From positions 3,224,001 to 3,288,000 of the forward strand of contig NC_058375.1 in NCBI RefSeq assembly GCF_018350175.1: 64,000 nt of DNA, read 5' to 3'. Shown here one piece after another: positions 36,705 through 49,231 of this stretch; position 1 is the first letter of the stretch; the number at the start of each line of letters is the position of its first letter. The notes under the pieces are model-generated. The model did no database searches, was not told the DNA's origin, and saw nothing but the letters and a program-made list of their open reading frames with translations. The position numbers and the translations under genes were made by a program. This DNA is from Felis catus (lineage: Eukaryota).

Positions 36705-39700
36705 CAAGCCCACAGGTTTCTTGCCTGAGCTGGACTGTGGTGCAGGCAAGAAGCAGTTACAAAAGTGATTGAGGGGGAGGGACCCTCCTCTGAGATGGCC
36801 CCTGATGCCCTCCAGTCCCACCCATGAGGAGGAAGAGCCCCACACCCTGCTCATGAAGCCATGGTAGGAACCAGCAAAGGAAAAGTGTACAGAGAGACAA
36901 GAGAAGGAAAAGGAACTTTCTTCTGAGATGAAGACATCTCAGGCTAAGACAGGGGAGCCCTGGGAATCCCCATTACCGTAGTGGGGAGCGAGCAGGAGAG
37001 GAGAATACCACTCGGCAATCAGACCTCAGCTGGGGAGGGAGACGGCTCTGGGAGAATAAAGAGGGAAATTGTCTTCTAAAGGTCAAGCCGTTTCTCTCAC
37101 TTTGCAAAGCTTGAGGTTTTGATTTCTCAGTGGACAGCAAACTCACTTTCAACAGCCCTCTGCCTGTTGAATGCCCACCAAGAGACTGAACGACAATTTC
37201 AATTTGTGTTCGAATTAGTGCCCCTATTCAGAAGACAACGGCAAGTTCAAGGCAGTCCTAAACGGGGGAAACTAAAGTTCCTCCTCCGAAGTTCTGCAGT
37301 CTCTAGAGGGGGACAGAAGCTTCTGGAATGTGCCAGAGCTGGAAAGTGTATGACACAAGTCGTGCTTTGGGAAAGCAAATCTCATGAGAGATGCTGTGAA
37401 TCCCATAGCATTACTGGGGGGTTGGGGGTGGGGGAGGGAGGCTGGTACTGCTGTGATGTGAGAAGAGCCGTTTGGGGACCCGCCCTCCAAAATCAAACCC
37501 AAGTGGATCTGCTTATAACACAAAACGAGGGGCAACACTGGAGGGTTAGCTGGAGGTAGGAACTCTGGATGGAGGGTGGGAATGTTCAAGCGGTTGTGAA
37601 CCAGAAGACAGAAGAGCTTACAACTAGTCTGTGCGTCTCCCACAAGGCCGGCACGCTCACTTAGGAGGGTCACCTTGCAGGAGGCCTGGAGTGGACCCTC
37701 TGGGAGCAACATCACGTCCTGTTTTGCTGGCTTCACCCCCACGCATGTGGCACCAGTGGCCATCATGGAGGTGACTGAGGATGACCCAAAGGACCCAGAG
37801 CTTCTTCTGTCGGCCTATGGCTGGCTCTATGCACCTGCAGCTCCACAATGGAATGGAATCTTGCGACTGATGCTTTTCAGCCGGACCACACCTGCATCCC
37901 CTGAGACAGGTGAATGAGGCAGGTGGCAGAGTCAAAGCGGCCATGCTCCACTCTGGAAAGCCAAGAGGGACACACTCACCAGCAACAGAAGACCCAGTTA
38001 TAAGAAGGACCAAACGCACAGTGACAGGGGAGCACCCTGGCGTATCCCGGGGCTCCTTCTCGCTCTCCAAGACCCACACGTGCTTTGTACTCTCGGAGTT
38101 CGGTCTTTCTTGATTTGAAATCCCGAGGAGGAAGTTCTGTAAATATAGAGCTTCCACGAAGGCATCAGCCTCTCCCATAAATTTTCGGGGCCATTTTTCA
38201 TACCATAAAGGTTGTGTCATGATGGCTGCCTGGCTTGATTGCCAGTTTGGAGTGTTTGCTAGGTAAGAAAGGAGAAGATAAATCATGGGAGACGCAGCCT
38301 CATTATCATGTGACATTTAAGGGTAATTTACACCCGACATCATACCACTTCTTGCCGTGGAAATAGCCTGGCTGGTCGCCTCAGCCTTAGCCACTACCAC
38401 GACTGTGTCAAGAGAATGGAAATAAATTGATACGGCTGAGTTCTCTGTGCATTTTTATTGCCTATTTATCAACGTGAGTGAATAATAATACACATGGAAT
38501 TACTTACAGGTCCCGGCATGGGGGTGGGGCTGCGGCGGGAGGGGGGCGGGGCTCCCTAAACTTTCACGGAGAGAACATTCTTGAAGAGAAACAGTGGTGG
38601 TCCTTGATCACACCAGTGTGGCCGTCGGGGTTTTGAGTCCACCTCAACTTTGTATGTGGTCATTTCTGCAAACCGTCAGCACGAGATTGCCTCGCCCCGG
38701 AGCTTGGGGAGACACCGTGGCCCTGGCCCCGGTTCCACACTCCCCTTCACACCCTGCTGACCTTAAACGTAAGTAAGGGCTCGCTCCCCCGACCTCTGCA
38801 GCCGCCAGCGTCCTGCGAGGCAGCTTTATAACAGTTAACTTCCTTTCTTCCTCAGAGCTACAGAGGGCATGCTCCCTGAGGTCCGGAACCAATTTTTATT
38901 CTGTTGTGTACCTTCAGGTTGTATTGGAGCACACCCTCTCCAGAAGGAGGTTGCAGCTTCCCTCAGCCTGCTGAAAACCAGACCCAGGGGAGAGCCGGTG
39001 TGAGTGCCCAGCCAGAGACCTGGAAGGGACAGAGCGGGGGAAACAGCAGGGATGGGACCTGCACGCAGGGAACATCTTCTGAAATCCTAGTAGAGAAAAA
39101 TACCAACTGACAAAAACCATTAGGAGAGAATGATTTCTGTTACGGAGGCTCTGGGTTTCTCCGTAGCAGCCTCCTTGAGCGCGAATGGAAAGAATTGGAC
39201 CCCCGTTGGTCACTTAGCACACATCTGATAGCCCTCCTCGGGTCCCTCACCAGTGGACAGGGGGCATTTGCCAGGGCAGCCCCGTGGGCCAAGTGCAGGA
39301 GCACCTCCCACACCTCAAAAGCTGTTCTCTCTTTGTCCCCACACTCAGTGGGGTCTGAGAGGGCCAAGGACTTGACGTTTCCAAGACTGATGCCCAGGAT
39401 AGGCCGTTCCTGGTTGGGCTTGGGGTCAGTGGGGCTGGTGGAGGCTGATTTCTTTTGTTCCCTGCCTTGAGTGCACCGAACCCAGAGCTCCTGCTTCCAT
39501 GGAAGGGGTGGATACGGCCCCATCCCCTGGGCTACGGGGAAGACCCAAGGAGCCAACCTTGCAGGAAACACATCAGAGCAGCCCCACAGAGGACCCACTG
39601 AGCACATGACCCAGTGTCAGCTCTGCCCTGGGACCTGGCTCCTTGCTTCCCCAGCCACACCTCAGCCTCACCCTGTGTCAGAAGTGGCCGGCCCCTCTCC

Positions 39701-41215
39701 CTCCAACCACACCACTGTGTTTCCATCCCACGTTGCCAGCCCCCTTTGTTGTCCCCACAGGTGAACGCTGGGTTCCAGCACCCTTTTCTTGCAGTGTGGC
39801 CTGTCGCCCAGACAGGAGATCCACTGTAGCTCTGGGCACCGCCAAGCACGCAGGGATTCAAAGAGTCACCACGGCTCCAGAGCACGAGCCGGTGGAAGAA
39901 GAGAACCTGGCCACCCCGGGTTCAACAGCGGGCTGCTGGCAAGGGGGCATGTGCATCACTGGGAGCCCCTCGCCCTCCCCAGAGGCCAGGCTCAGGCATC
40001 ACAGGCCAAGGCAGGGGCCAGGGCCAGGCGACAGCAAATCTGCAGGCACAGCGCCTCTATCCGGAGGTGACACACAGCGCAGGGGAAGGTCGGTGACCCA
40101 GCAGATGCACGGGCCCCATTTCAGGTCTGTATTTCCAAGGATAAAATGAGAGTGGAAACCCAGCCAAGGGAAATTAATTAAGGCAGCATACCCTTAACTA
40201 TACTTTTCCGGGCAAATGGATCCAAGGCCAGGGAGCTATGAAGAGGTAGATAATTGCGTTGGAGCAATGTGGGGAACTTGTAATTTAATGAAGGGAAGGC
40301 CGGTGGGAATGGGGATGGCACCAGAATGCAGGATGAGGAGCCGTGGTGGTGCCGGTGACAAGCCCGGGGAGCTTCCTGATGCCACAAGGCACCAGCGAGC
40401 GCGGCTGGGACTGTGCTCTCAGGGCCACCTCATGGCATCAGAGAGCGTCGGTGGACACGGGGACGTGGCCCCTGGACTCGTGGTTCCCCTTAGTCCCTGG
40501 CTGCCGACTGTCGGTGGCTTGTGCTGGAACCAGACTCCACGTGACCACCGGTATCTACCGCTCTGGTTCACAGATGGGGAACGGCGTGAGGAACGGGACC
40601 GCGAGGGGTGGGCTCTGACGTCCCTGTGGACCCGGGACTCGTGCCCACGCTTCTGGATCGCGTTCACCCCAACAAGTATTGAGCGCTTACTGCATTCCCG
40701 ACGCCTTTTAGGCGCCGGGACCAGATGGCTAAGGTACGGCTGGTACCCAGGGGTGGGGCTCACAGATCTGAGGCTCGAGGACAGGCAAGTTACCCGCTGC
40801 CCGACGTGCAGTGTTTGTCCCAGCCGCGGTACCTGCCGGAAAAAAGTGTGCCTGGCGAGCCTCAGAGAGCCCCGTGGGCACGCAGGGAGGGGCCGCTGGC
40901 CTGTCATGGCTCAATTCAAGGGCGGGAACGGTGTGCAGCATCCTCCTGGATCAGGAAAGGAGGGGAGCAAGCTCTCCCTGCCACAAGGAGCAGCGGGGGT
41001 GGGGGAGGTGGGAAGAGGGAGGGACTCTCGTGAGCTGCCTCCTCCAAGCAGGGTGACGCAGGGAAAGCAGCCCTGAGAGCAAGCAGTGTAGCGAGGGCGC
41101 CTGGGGCGTGTTACAGGGTCGTGGCCGCGTGCACCAGCCTGAGTTGCATAAAGAAAAGCGCATAACAAAATACTAAATTCAAGAGAAGAAGATTGTCCAG
41201 ATTGAGAAACTCCTT

Positions 41216-41248
41216 TCCTTTCTTTTTTGTTTAAGTTTATTTATTTAT

Positions 41249-41283
<35 letters not shown>

Positions 41284-42215
41284 CCCAAACAGGCTCCGTG
41301 CTGTCAGCACAGAGCCCCCCACGGGGCTCGATCGCACAAACCCTGAGATCATCATCACCTGGGCCCACATCAAGAGTTGGACACTGGGGCGCCTGGGTGG
41401 CGCAGTCGGTTGGGCGTCCGGCTTCAGCCGGGTCACGATCTCGCGGTCCGGGAGTTCGAGCCCCGCGTCAGGCTCTGGGCTGATGGCTCGGAGCCTGGAG
41501 CCTGTTTCCGATTCTGTGTCTGCCTCTCTCTCTGCCCCTCCCCCGTTCATGCTCTGTCTCTCTCTGTCCCAAAAATAAAAAAAAATAAAAAAAATAAATC
41601 AATCCAGTTTTTTCTGGACTTTCCCTTTAAAACTAGAGTCTTGGGGCACCTGTCTGGCTCAGCCGGTGGAGCATGTGACTCGATCTTGCAGCTGTACGTT
41701 CGAGCCCCACGTTGGGTGTAGACATTACTTAAAAATAAAATCTTTGGGGCGCCTGGGTGGCGCAGTCAGTTAAGCGTCCGACTTCAGCCGGGTCACGATC
41801 TCGCAGTCCGTGGGTTCGAGCCCCACGTCGGGCTCTGGGCTAATGGCTCGGAGCCTGGAGCCTGTTTCCAATTCTGTGTCTCCCTCTCTCTCTGCCCCTC
41901 CCCTGCTCACGCTCTGTCTCTCTCTGTCAAAAATAAACATTAAAGGGGCGCCTGGGTGGCGCAGTCGGTTGGGCGTCCGACTTCAGCCAGGTCACGATCT
42001 CGCGGTCCGTGAGTTTGAGCCCCGCGTTGGGCTCTGGGCTGATGGCTCGGAGCCTGGAGCCTGTTTCCGATTCTGTGTCTCCCTCTCTCTGCCCCTCCCC
42101 CGTTCATGCTCTGTCTCTCTCTGTCCCCCAAAAAATAAATAAACGTTGAAAAAAAAATAAAAAAATAAAAAAAAAGAGTTGGACACTTAACCCACTGAAC
42201 CAACCGGGCAACCCC
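41216..42215 (-). mobile_element. Older Can-SINE split by a composite insert
   Basis: Antisense SINE body 41216-41385 resumes at 42174-42215; duplicated AAGAGTTGGACACT. Confidence 0.9.
41386..42173 (+). mobile_element. Tandem array of four Can-SINEs (41386, 41643, 41746, 41945) with a ~45-bp non-SINE spacer
   Basis: Four GGGGC(G/A)CCTG heads; the second is a short old-type SINE ending ATTACTTAAAAATAAAATCTTT. Confidence 0.9.
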
Positions 42216-42834
42216 ACCTCCTCTTCTTAGTAGCCCTGCCTGGGCCCCTCTTGGAAGACCCCATTGACTCCACTCCTCCCTGGTGCCCTTCTGTGGCCGG
42301 CAACCCCGGTTCCGGGTCTCCCCACTGGACCCCAATACGGTCCCAAGTAAGCCAGCACAGGGCTCTCTGCCTGGGCATCCAGTTCCGGGTCCATTCTGGG
42401 CAAGCAAAGGCCCGCAGGCAATTCCCGAAGGAAGGGGGGTGGGGTTCCGAGGTGTGAGGTGCCCGGTTATCCCTGCTTATACTCAGCCCCGACCCCCCTC
42501 TCTCACCACAGACCTACTTTCGCCAGCTAAGGACAAACAGCACCCAGTGACCTGGACTAGCATGGTCGCGTCAGGTGAGGTGGGGTCCCCCTGCCGAGGG
42601 CTGGACCCCAGGCCCGGGCTGCCACAAATCCCCCGCCCATCCTGTGCATCCAAGCCCCTCCCTGCGGCCGAAACTCTCAGACCTCGGGGACACTGGCGCA
42701 GCCAGGTCCCAGGACACGCACGCAGGGCACTCGGTCCCTCCTGGCTCTCTGAGACGGTGCGTCCTCCAGTGGCTGTGCTCCCTCTGCTCATCCCCACGGG
42801 TGGCGGGCTTCCAGGCCAGCACTGCCCACCGAGG

Positions 42835-43198
42835 GGACGGTCCGTTTCACGAGTCAACTTGGCAAGGCCACCGTGCCCGGTTTGGATCAAGCATCGGTCC
42901 AAATGTCACTGTGAAGTTTTTTTTTTACTCAATGAACATTTGAGTCAGTCGAGGCAGAGGAAAAGGGATCACCCTCCCCGCAGGTGCACGGGCCTTCCTC
43001 CTTCAGTTTAGGCTGAAGAGCAAGACTGAGGCCCGCAGGGAAGAAGGGATTGTGCCTCCAGCCAGCTTTCAGACTTGGGCTGCAACACCAACTGTCTGAT
43101 CTGCAGACGGCCGGCTTGCACTGGACACTTCAGGATTCTGGCCTTGCCGGTCCCAAGATCGTGTGAGCCAATCCTTACATCTCTCGCTCTCTTTCTCT

Positions 43199-43236
<38 letters not shown>

Positions 43237-43258
43237 ACACCCTCCTGAGCCCTGACTG
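42835..43258 (+). mobile_element. ERVL LTR (MLT2B-like) with (CA)n
   Basis: GTCAACTTGGCAAGGCCAC..GAAGAAGGGATTGTGCCTCCAG..GTGTGAGCCAATCCTTA, then (CA)n at 43201-43239. Confidence 0.8.
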
Positions 43259-44384
43259 GCTTGCCCCCCATCTGGGACACTCCTCGTGCCCACAGAGCCC
43301 AGGAGCAGATACCTGGATCTTCCTCCCCGCATGTCAGGGCTCCCTCAGTGTCTGCCCTCACCGAGGCCTCCCATATAAACAAGCCCAAGCCTCTATGGAG
43401 GCCCAGCCGGGAGCAGGTGTGACACGTGATTGTCCCTGTGTCCATCACAGGACTGGGAGCCCCATCATTCTGGGCCCATTACCCAGACCCAGCATCGGAG
43501 GCCCAGCTGAGGAACTAACTTGCCAGGTCCCCCCACCTGGGGGAGCCTCTAGGCCGAGCTGGGCTGTTTGTCCATCTCCCACTCAAGGCAGCCCTGCAGG
43601 CTCCCCCTGGGCCTTCCCACCAGGGAGTTCACTCGGTTTTGCATGTCCAGGGGTTCCAGAGCCACACCGCACAGCCAATCGGGAAGCCCGACAGGGGCGA
43701 CAGGCTCTGACCTGGGTGGCCTGTGCCTCTGCCTTGGGCCTGGTACAAACTCCCACGCTGGACGCCCAGGTTGGGGGTGACCCCCCCCATCGCCTTGCAG
43801 ACCAGGATGGGGGTGGGTCGCAGGCAGCTGTGCTGAGGGTGCCACCCCCCTGCCCACCCCCCAGCTGACACCCCAGAGGCACTCAGCGCCCACCAGCCTC
43901 CCGAGGGCATTAGGCCGTAGGGCAAGGTTCCTTCCGGCTTGTCAAAAGGGCGGTGGTCCCGGGAGCTCAATGCCCTTCTCTGACTTCCACGCTTTTCTGT
44001 GACATACGTCTGTGTCTTCACCAGAGTGGGTGTCGGGGGCCCCACCTTCATTGGATCTTACCATTTTTTGTGTTCCTGCCTGCCAGCAACGCACAGCATC
44101 GTTTTCATGTGCCCTGCATGGGCTGCTACGAGCCCCTCCCCCGTGGCTTCTCGGGGGCGGCGTTTACCCCTGCGCAGCCCAGGAAGACGCTCCGCCTGCA
44201 CGTTTGACAGCAGTGAGCTCAGCGGGAAAGATTCTGGCACCCACACCAGGGGACGGTCAGGGACGTGCTGGCAGGGTGTGGGGGTCACGGGGTTGGGGGG
44301 CGATGCATGGAGCACTCACTCCCTGGGTGCCCGGCGGGGCTCACTGCGCCTGCTTGAGACAGGCCCACCATTCCGAACAGGAAC

Positions 44385-44500
44385 CATGCTCCCATTTCAC
44401 AGATGAGGAAACTGGGACACGGCTGAGCAATCTGCACAAGTGTCAAGGCCGCGGTGGGAACACCAGGGGCCCGGTGCCGGGGCTTGGCCCAAACGACCAC
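44385..44500 (-). mobile_element. MIR fragment
   Basis: CCCATTTCACAGATGAGGAAACTG. Confidence 0.7.
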
Positions 44501-44552
44501 CCTGTTTCAAAACTATTCAAACACAGTGAGAAAACCGGCAACCCTGCCTGGG

Positions 44553-44825
44553 CCTCATCACCGGATGAAAAGTCGTGGCCACGCCCCCGCATCCCCAGAT
44601 GAAAAGTCGTGGCCACGCCCCCCTTATCTCAGGATGAAAAGTCGTGGCCACGCCCCCTCACCCCCAGAGGGAAAGTCGTGACCACACCCCCCTCATCCCG
44701 AGATGGAAAGTCGTGACCACGCCCCCCGATCGCCAATGGAAAGTTGTGACCACGCCCCCTCATCACATGATGAAAAGCCGTGACCACGCCCCCATCACCG
44801 GCTGGAAAGTCGTCACCACGCCCCC
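44553..44825. repeat. Minisatellite, 8 units of ~32-35 bp
   Basis: Consensus TCATC-NNNN-GATG(A/G)AAAGTCGTG(G/A)CCACGCCCCC read directly eight times. Confidence 0.95.
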
Positions 44826-45707
44826 TACTCCATAGGTACTGAGTTATTATCATTCATACACTAGTAAAATTACATGTTACTATAGTACATGGAACATATG
44901 TCTATGTGTATAAATATATACAATTTCAAATTAATACTATATTTAGTTATTTAAGTAATTTATATGATACATAAGCACCCTCTATGCTGTCTATTCAGTT
45001 CTTTTTTTTTTTTTTAATTCAGTTCTTTATGTAGCCACCCTCCGCGACCCGATCTTGGTATCCGGTATTCATTCCCTCCCTCTCCTCAGGAGCGAGCTGG
45101 CTCCGTGAGGGCAGGAGCTCGTTCGTCTCGTTCACGGCTGTGTCCTCAGGCCTACAAGGAGCAGCCAACCCAGAGCAGGCGCTCCAGAGACCCTTGCCCA
45201 GCAAGGAAGGACGCCTGTAGAACTCATCCTAAGAGACTCGGCAGCTACTGCGATGCGTGGGAGGGGCTTTGTCCAAGGAATAACAACAGCGGATGAGAGG
45301 TGAGGACAGTGCCCTTGACAGCATGGACAGGAGCAGGGGGGCACTTTTCCACTTGTGGGGGGAAGGGCACCACACTGGGGTCCCACCTTCATTCAGGGGC
45401 AAGAGGGAGCCTGATGATGGACGTCAGGGCACAGCAAGTGCAGGGGTCAGGGGCCCTGGGTTCTAACACACCGCGCATCAGAGCAAGGACCCCAGGAAAA
45501 CGCAGCGAGTGCAGATTCTAGGAGCCCGGAGATTTGACGCTGTGCCCGGCGGTGGGGACGGTTGGTTTCCTCCAGAGAGATGCCACCACGGCTCCAGAAG
45601 CTGACCCTCGCTCGAGTTTCAGAATGGTGTCTGCAGCTTTGCAAGGGGTTTTCCAACTTACTCTGAACCTATTTATGATGAAATACAGAGAAAACTTCTT
45701 TGGACAG

Positions 45708-45928
45708 ATTTTTTTAATTTTTTTCTTTATGTTTATTTATTTTTGAGAGAGAGAGGCAGAGTGGGAGCAGGATAGGGGCAGAGAGAGAGGGAGACACAGA
45801 ATCCAAAGCAGGATCCAGGCTCCGAGCTGTCAGCACAGAGCCCAATGTGGGGCTCGAACCCGCGAACCGTGAGATCTTGACCTGGGCCGAAGTCGGACGC
45901 TTCACCGACTGAGCCACCCAGGGGCCCC
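45708..45928 (-). mobile_element. Can-SINE (felid type)
   Basis: Full antisense element; TSD ~TGGACAGA. Confidence 0.93.
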
Positions 45929-47399
45929 ATCTGGACAGAGTTTTAGTAGCAGAAAAGAAGCAAGAGGAGTCAGAACGTCCACATCAGCTCCCAAGGTTCC
46001 TGCTGTGTGTGTCGATCCTGTGGGTGATAGATGGCCCATTAATTGTGGCTTTCAGGGTCCTCCGAACCCCGAGTGAGTGTCCTCTTCCTGCCGCCTCCTC
46101 TGCCCCACTGGGAAGGACCTGGCTGCCCCTCTGTGTCCCCTGACAAGGACCTGGGGTCCTCCCAGCAACCCAGAGGGCACTGCTGCTTTGGGCGTCCCTT
46201 CTGGGAACCCAGCGCCAGCGTCCCCAGGCTCCCTTTGGGCAGAGCAGGAATCCCCAGCTTCCCAAACTAACACACCCAGCCTGGTTCCATGAAAACAGAC
46301 CCCTTTCAGGAAATCCTGGCTTTTCTTCCGACCCCGGAGAACCACTTGGCTCCTTCCCATCCCTGCCAGGGCGTATTCTTCCCAGACACTGACTGACCTC
46401 CTACAGTCCCGCAAGCTCCCCTTGTGGCCCCGGGGACGCCTGTGGCTACAGCCCGCCCCCTCGTCACCCAACAGGCCTCTTCTGGCTCCTCACCCACCAC
46501 ACCATGTGCTCCTACAAAATGTTCCAACAGAAAAGCCAGAGTGTTGTCGGGAATATACAGCTAAGCTATTAATTTAAACACAAACTGGAGGGACTAATTT
46601 CCCCCCTGGGGCACCGAAGTGTCCAGAAGATTCTGCAAGAAGAGACAGCAATTTATGTCATAACCGGGTTCACAGAGAAGGCTCAAGGATGCGCTGAGGT
46701 CATGCCGAGTTTCTGCCAACCTGTGACAGAGCCTTGAGCCCCTTGGCGCGTTTTTTTCCGGAAGATCCTCAGATCACAGTCCCTGTGGTCACGCTTTCTG
46801 TCCTTCTGTCTCCTTCATCGGCGAAGTGTCTCCGTGAAAGTTGCGTGTTTATGCGTCTGTGTGCGTGCACATTTATGCACCTGTGTGCACATGTGTTGGT
46901 TGGTTTATTTGCTCATGAATATAGACTTGAGGTTTTTTTACGAGCACCGTCGATGCTCAGTGCCCGACTCAGTTTCCCTTAGGCTGCTGAAGCTCTGATG
47001 TGCTCGGCCGCCCGGGTGGCTGCACCACCTTGCAGCTTCAAATCCAGCCCACTCAGAAGCCCTTCAAATTAAACACGACCGTCAAGGGCAGCGAGCAATT
47101 TCTCAGCCCAGACTGCGCATCTCCAAAACCCAGCTGGTCCCCCCGTTGTTCCATTTTCTGCCCTGAGTGGGCTCAGGGTGTGCAGTTTCTCTTCTGAGAA
47201 AAAAAAAAAAAAGGTCAGGCTTCTTAGGGACCGTGGCACAGCATCATCGAGGTTTTTCTTAACCTGCCTTCTCTCGAAACGACAGAAGGACTCATCTCCT
47301 GGCTTCTCCAAAATGCAACCAGACAGAACAACGGGGGGACGAAAGGGGCTTCTGAAGGTTCCTCCTTGGTGCTGTCACAACTGCACATTGCACGGCCCT

Positions 47400-48160
47400 G
47401 CTTGAGTCCCGGCCATGTCACAGGCACACCCCTGGGCATGGCTGGGACACAAAATGAATTCGACATAAATCTCTCCTCCTGGAGCCCATGCACTGTAAGG
47501 GGAGCTATTAGACAAGCATAAATAATTCACAAGTGGTAAGTGGTAAGTGCTGGAAGAGAGACCCAGGCACAGTGCTCTGCAGGTCAGAGGAGGGCGATGC
47601 GAGGAAGGCCATGCCGCCTCTATGCCCGAAGCCATCCAGAAGCTTCCTGTCTCTCTCAGCCAGAGCCAAAGTCCTAAATGACCTACGAGGTCCGGCTTGT
47701 CCTGCCGCTGTTCTCCCACCTGCTCCTACTACTCCCTTTATGGTGTAGGGCCCCCCACAGCACTGCTGGGCACATGCCCGGTGCAGGGCCTTTGCACTGG
47801 TTCTCCCTCTCTGGGAACCCTCTTCTGTCCCCTAGCCACCTGCTCGCTCTCACCCCTGCAGGTCTGCTTGGTGAGGCCTTCCCCCATCACCCTACCTAAA
47901 ATTGACCCCTTTTCCCCAAACCTCTTCCAATCCCTGCCCTGCTTTCACTTTTCCCAACGGCACGCATCGTTGGCTAAAACGCTGTATTAGATGTTTCTGT
48001 TGCGGTTTGTGGTGGCTGTGGTGGACCATTTGCCCGAATTCCACTGCAAATCAAACTCTGTGAAAATGGGGCTCTGGATTTGTCAACTGTTGTTTCCTAA
48101 CACCAAACACTGTGCTGGGGTATAGCGGGAGCTCAAGAATCCATTGTGAAATCAAGGAAT
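47400..48160. mobile_element. Two L2 3' fragments in opposite orientation
   Basis: Antisense piece at ~47400-47600 (CTCTCCTCCTGGAGCCCATGCACT) and sense piece at ~47640-48160 (GGCCTTTGCACTG..ACTGTGCTGGGGTATAG..CTCAAGAAT). Confidence 0.55.
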
Positions 48161-49231
48161 GGTCCCTTGCATCTCAGAAATGATGCTGGGGAGGAGGTGG
48201 CTCACTGAGAAAGCCAGACTGAATCTCAAGGACAAATTCAATGGTGAGAGGCCACATCGTAGACCCTGTCAGTGCGGTCTCCTGTGAATACAAACCAGGT
48301 CCAAGTTCCCACGTGGCCACGGATTGTGGTAGCCGAAGCAAGCAACTCCCCTTAACCGTGCCTCCGTTTCCTCATCTTTTAAAGTAAGGCGTTCGTGGTA
48401 CCTGCGTTCTCGACCTTCTACTAGCACACAAGGCAGGCACTCCCCAGCCTCAGCCAGCATCTCTATCGACTGTCTCACTAGAGTTCTTATTTTTGCTTCC
48501 TTCTTGATGAGTGGGGGTGACCAGGTGGGCTGCAGCAAAACCACACCTAAAGGTTGGCCACCAGCCATGCACAGGTCTTGAGGATGAGTCCTCCGTGCAC
48601 CCACGCAGGTGGCCATTCCTCGAGGAACCAGGGTGCGGGGAAGGGGTCTCCCACGCAAGAGAAGCACCCACCCGCTGCTCATGTGTGTTTGATGTGTCCA
48701 CGTTCCCAGTAGCTCAGCGGGACCCGCTAGGGAGTTTGAGAAGGAGCAGAACTTCTTGATCTTGTCTTTCCTGCAGGAGTTGTTATTGTGTTATTATCAT
48801 TAGTTGCTGGCCTTGGGATCAGAGCCCTGTCCTGTTGTAAAAAGAATTTAGGAAAAGCGCAGCATTCTTATCTCCCAAATCCAAACCGCTGACACGTGGC
48901 TCTATGTCCAGGGATGCAGATGCTTCAAAGGACCAGCGTAGAGGATATTGGATTCGGGCTACAAATGACTACTTTTATTTAGAAAAAAAAAAGAAAAGAA
49001 AAGAAACTTCAGTGAGCTATCATGATGTGACGGGGCTGTAGTAGCTAGCAAAACTAGATAGACACGGCTCCCACTGGAAAAGAGACAAGACGGAGAGAGA
49101 GATGGGACCACAAAATGAACAAGCCACCATGTCCCAACAACAACGCCAAGCGGCGCGCACGGCTGGGGACGGCGGGAAGAGCCCCCGCTCCAGGGGCTTC
49201 AGCCCAGACAGAGCGGTTGGGGGTCAGCTCC

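Noticed and set aside
40216-41076. Longest ORF (286 aa) in CpG-rich DNA
   Set aside because: G/R/P-rich composition typical of chance ORFs in GC-rich DNA; no recognisable domain; long ORFs overlap it on both strands.
41386-41460. Clustered A>G differences in a SINE head as an ADAR-editing footprint
   Set aside because: The same variants appear in neighbouring copies (TTGGG in the SINE at 41945, CCGGG in the SINE at 41746), so subfamily variation or conversion is the simpler explanation.
44553-44825. CRISPR-like appearance (conserved repeat plus variable spacer)
   Set aside because: The variable part is only ~4-10 bp, the context is mammalian and there are no cas genes; it is a minisatellite.
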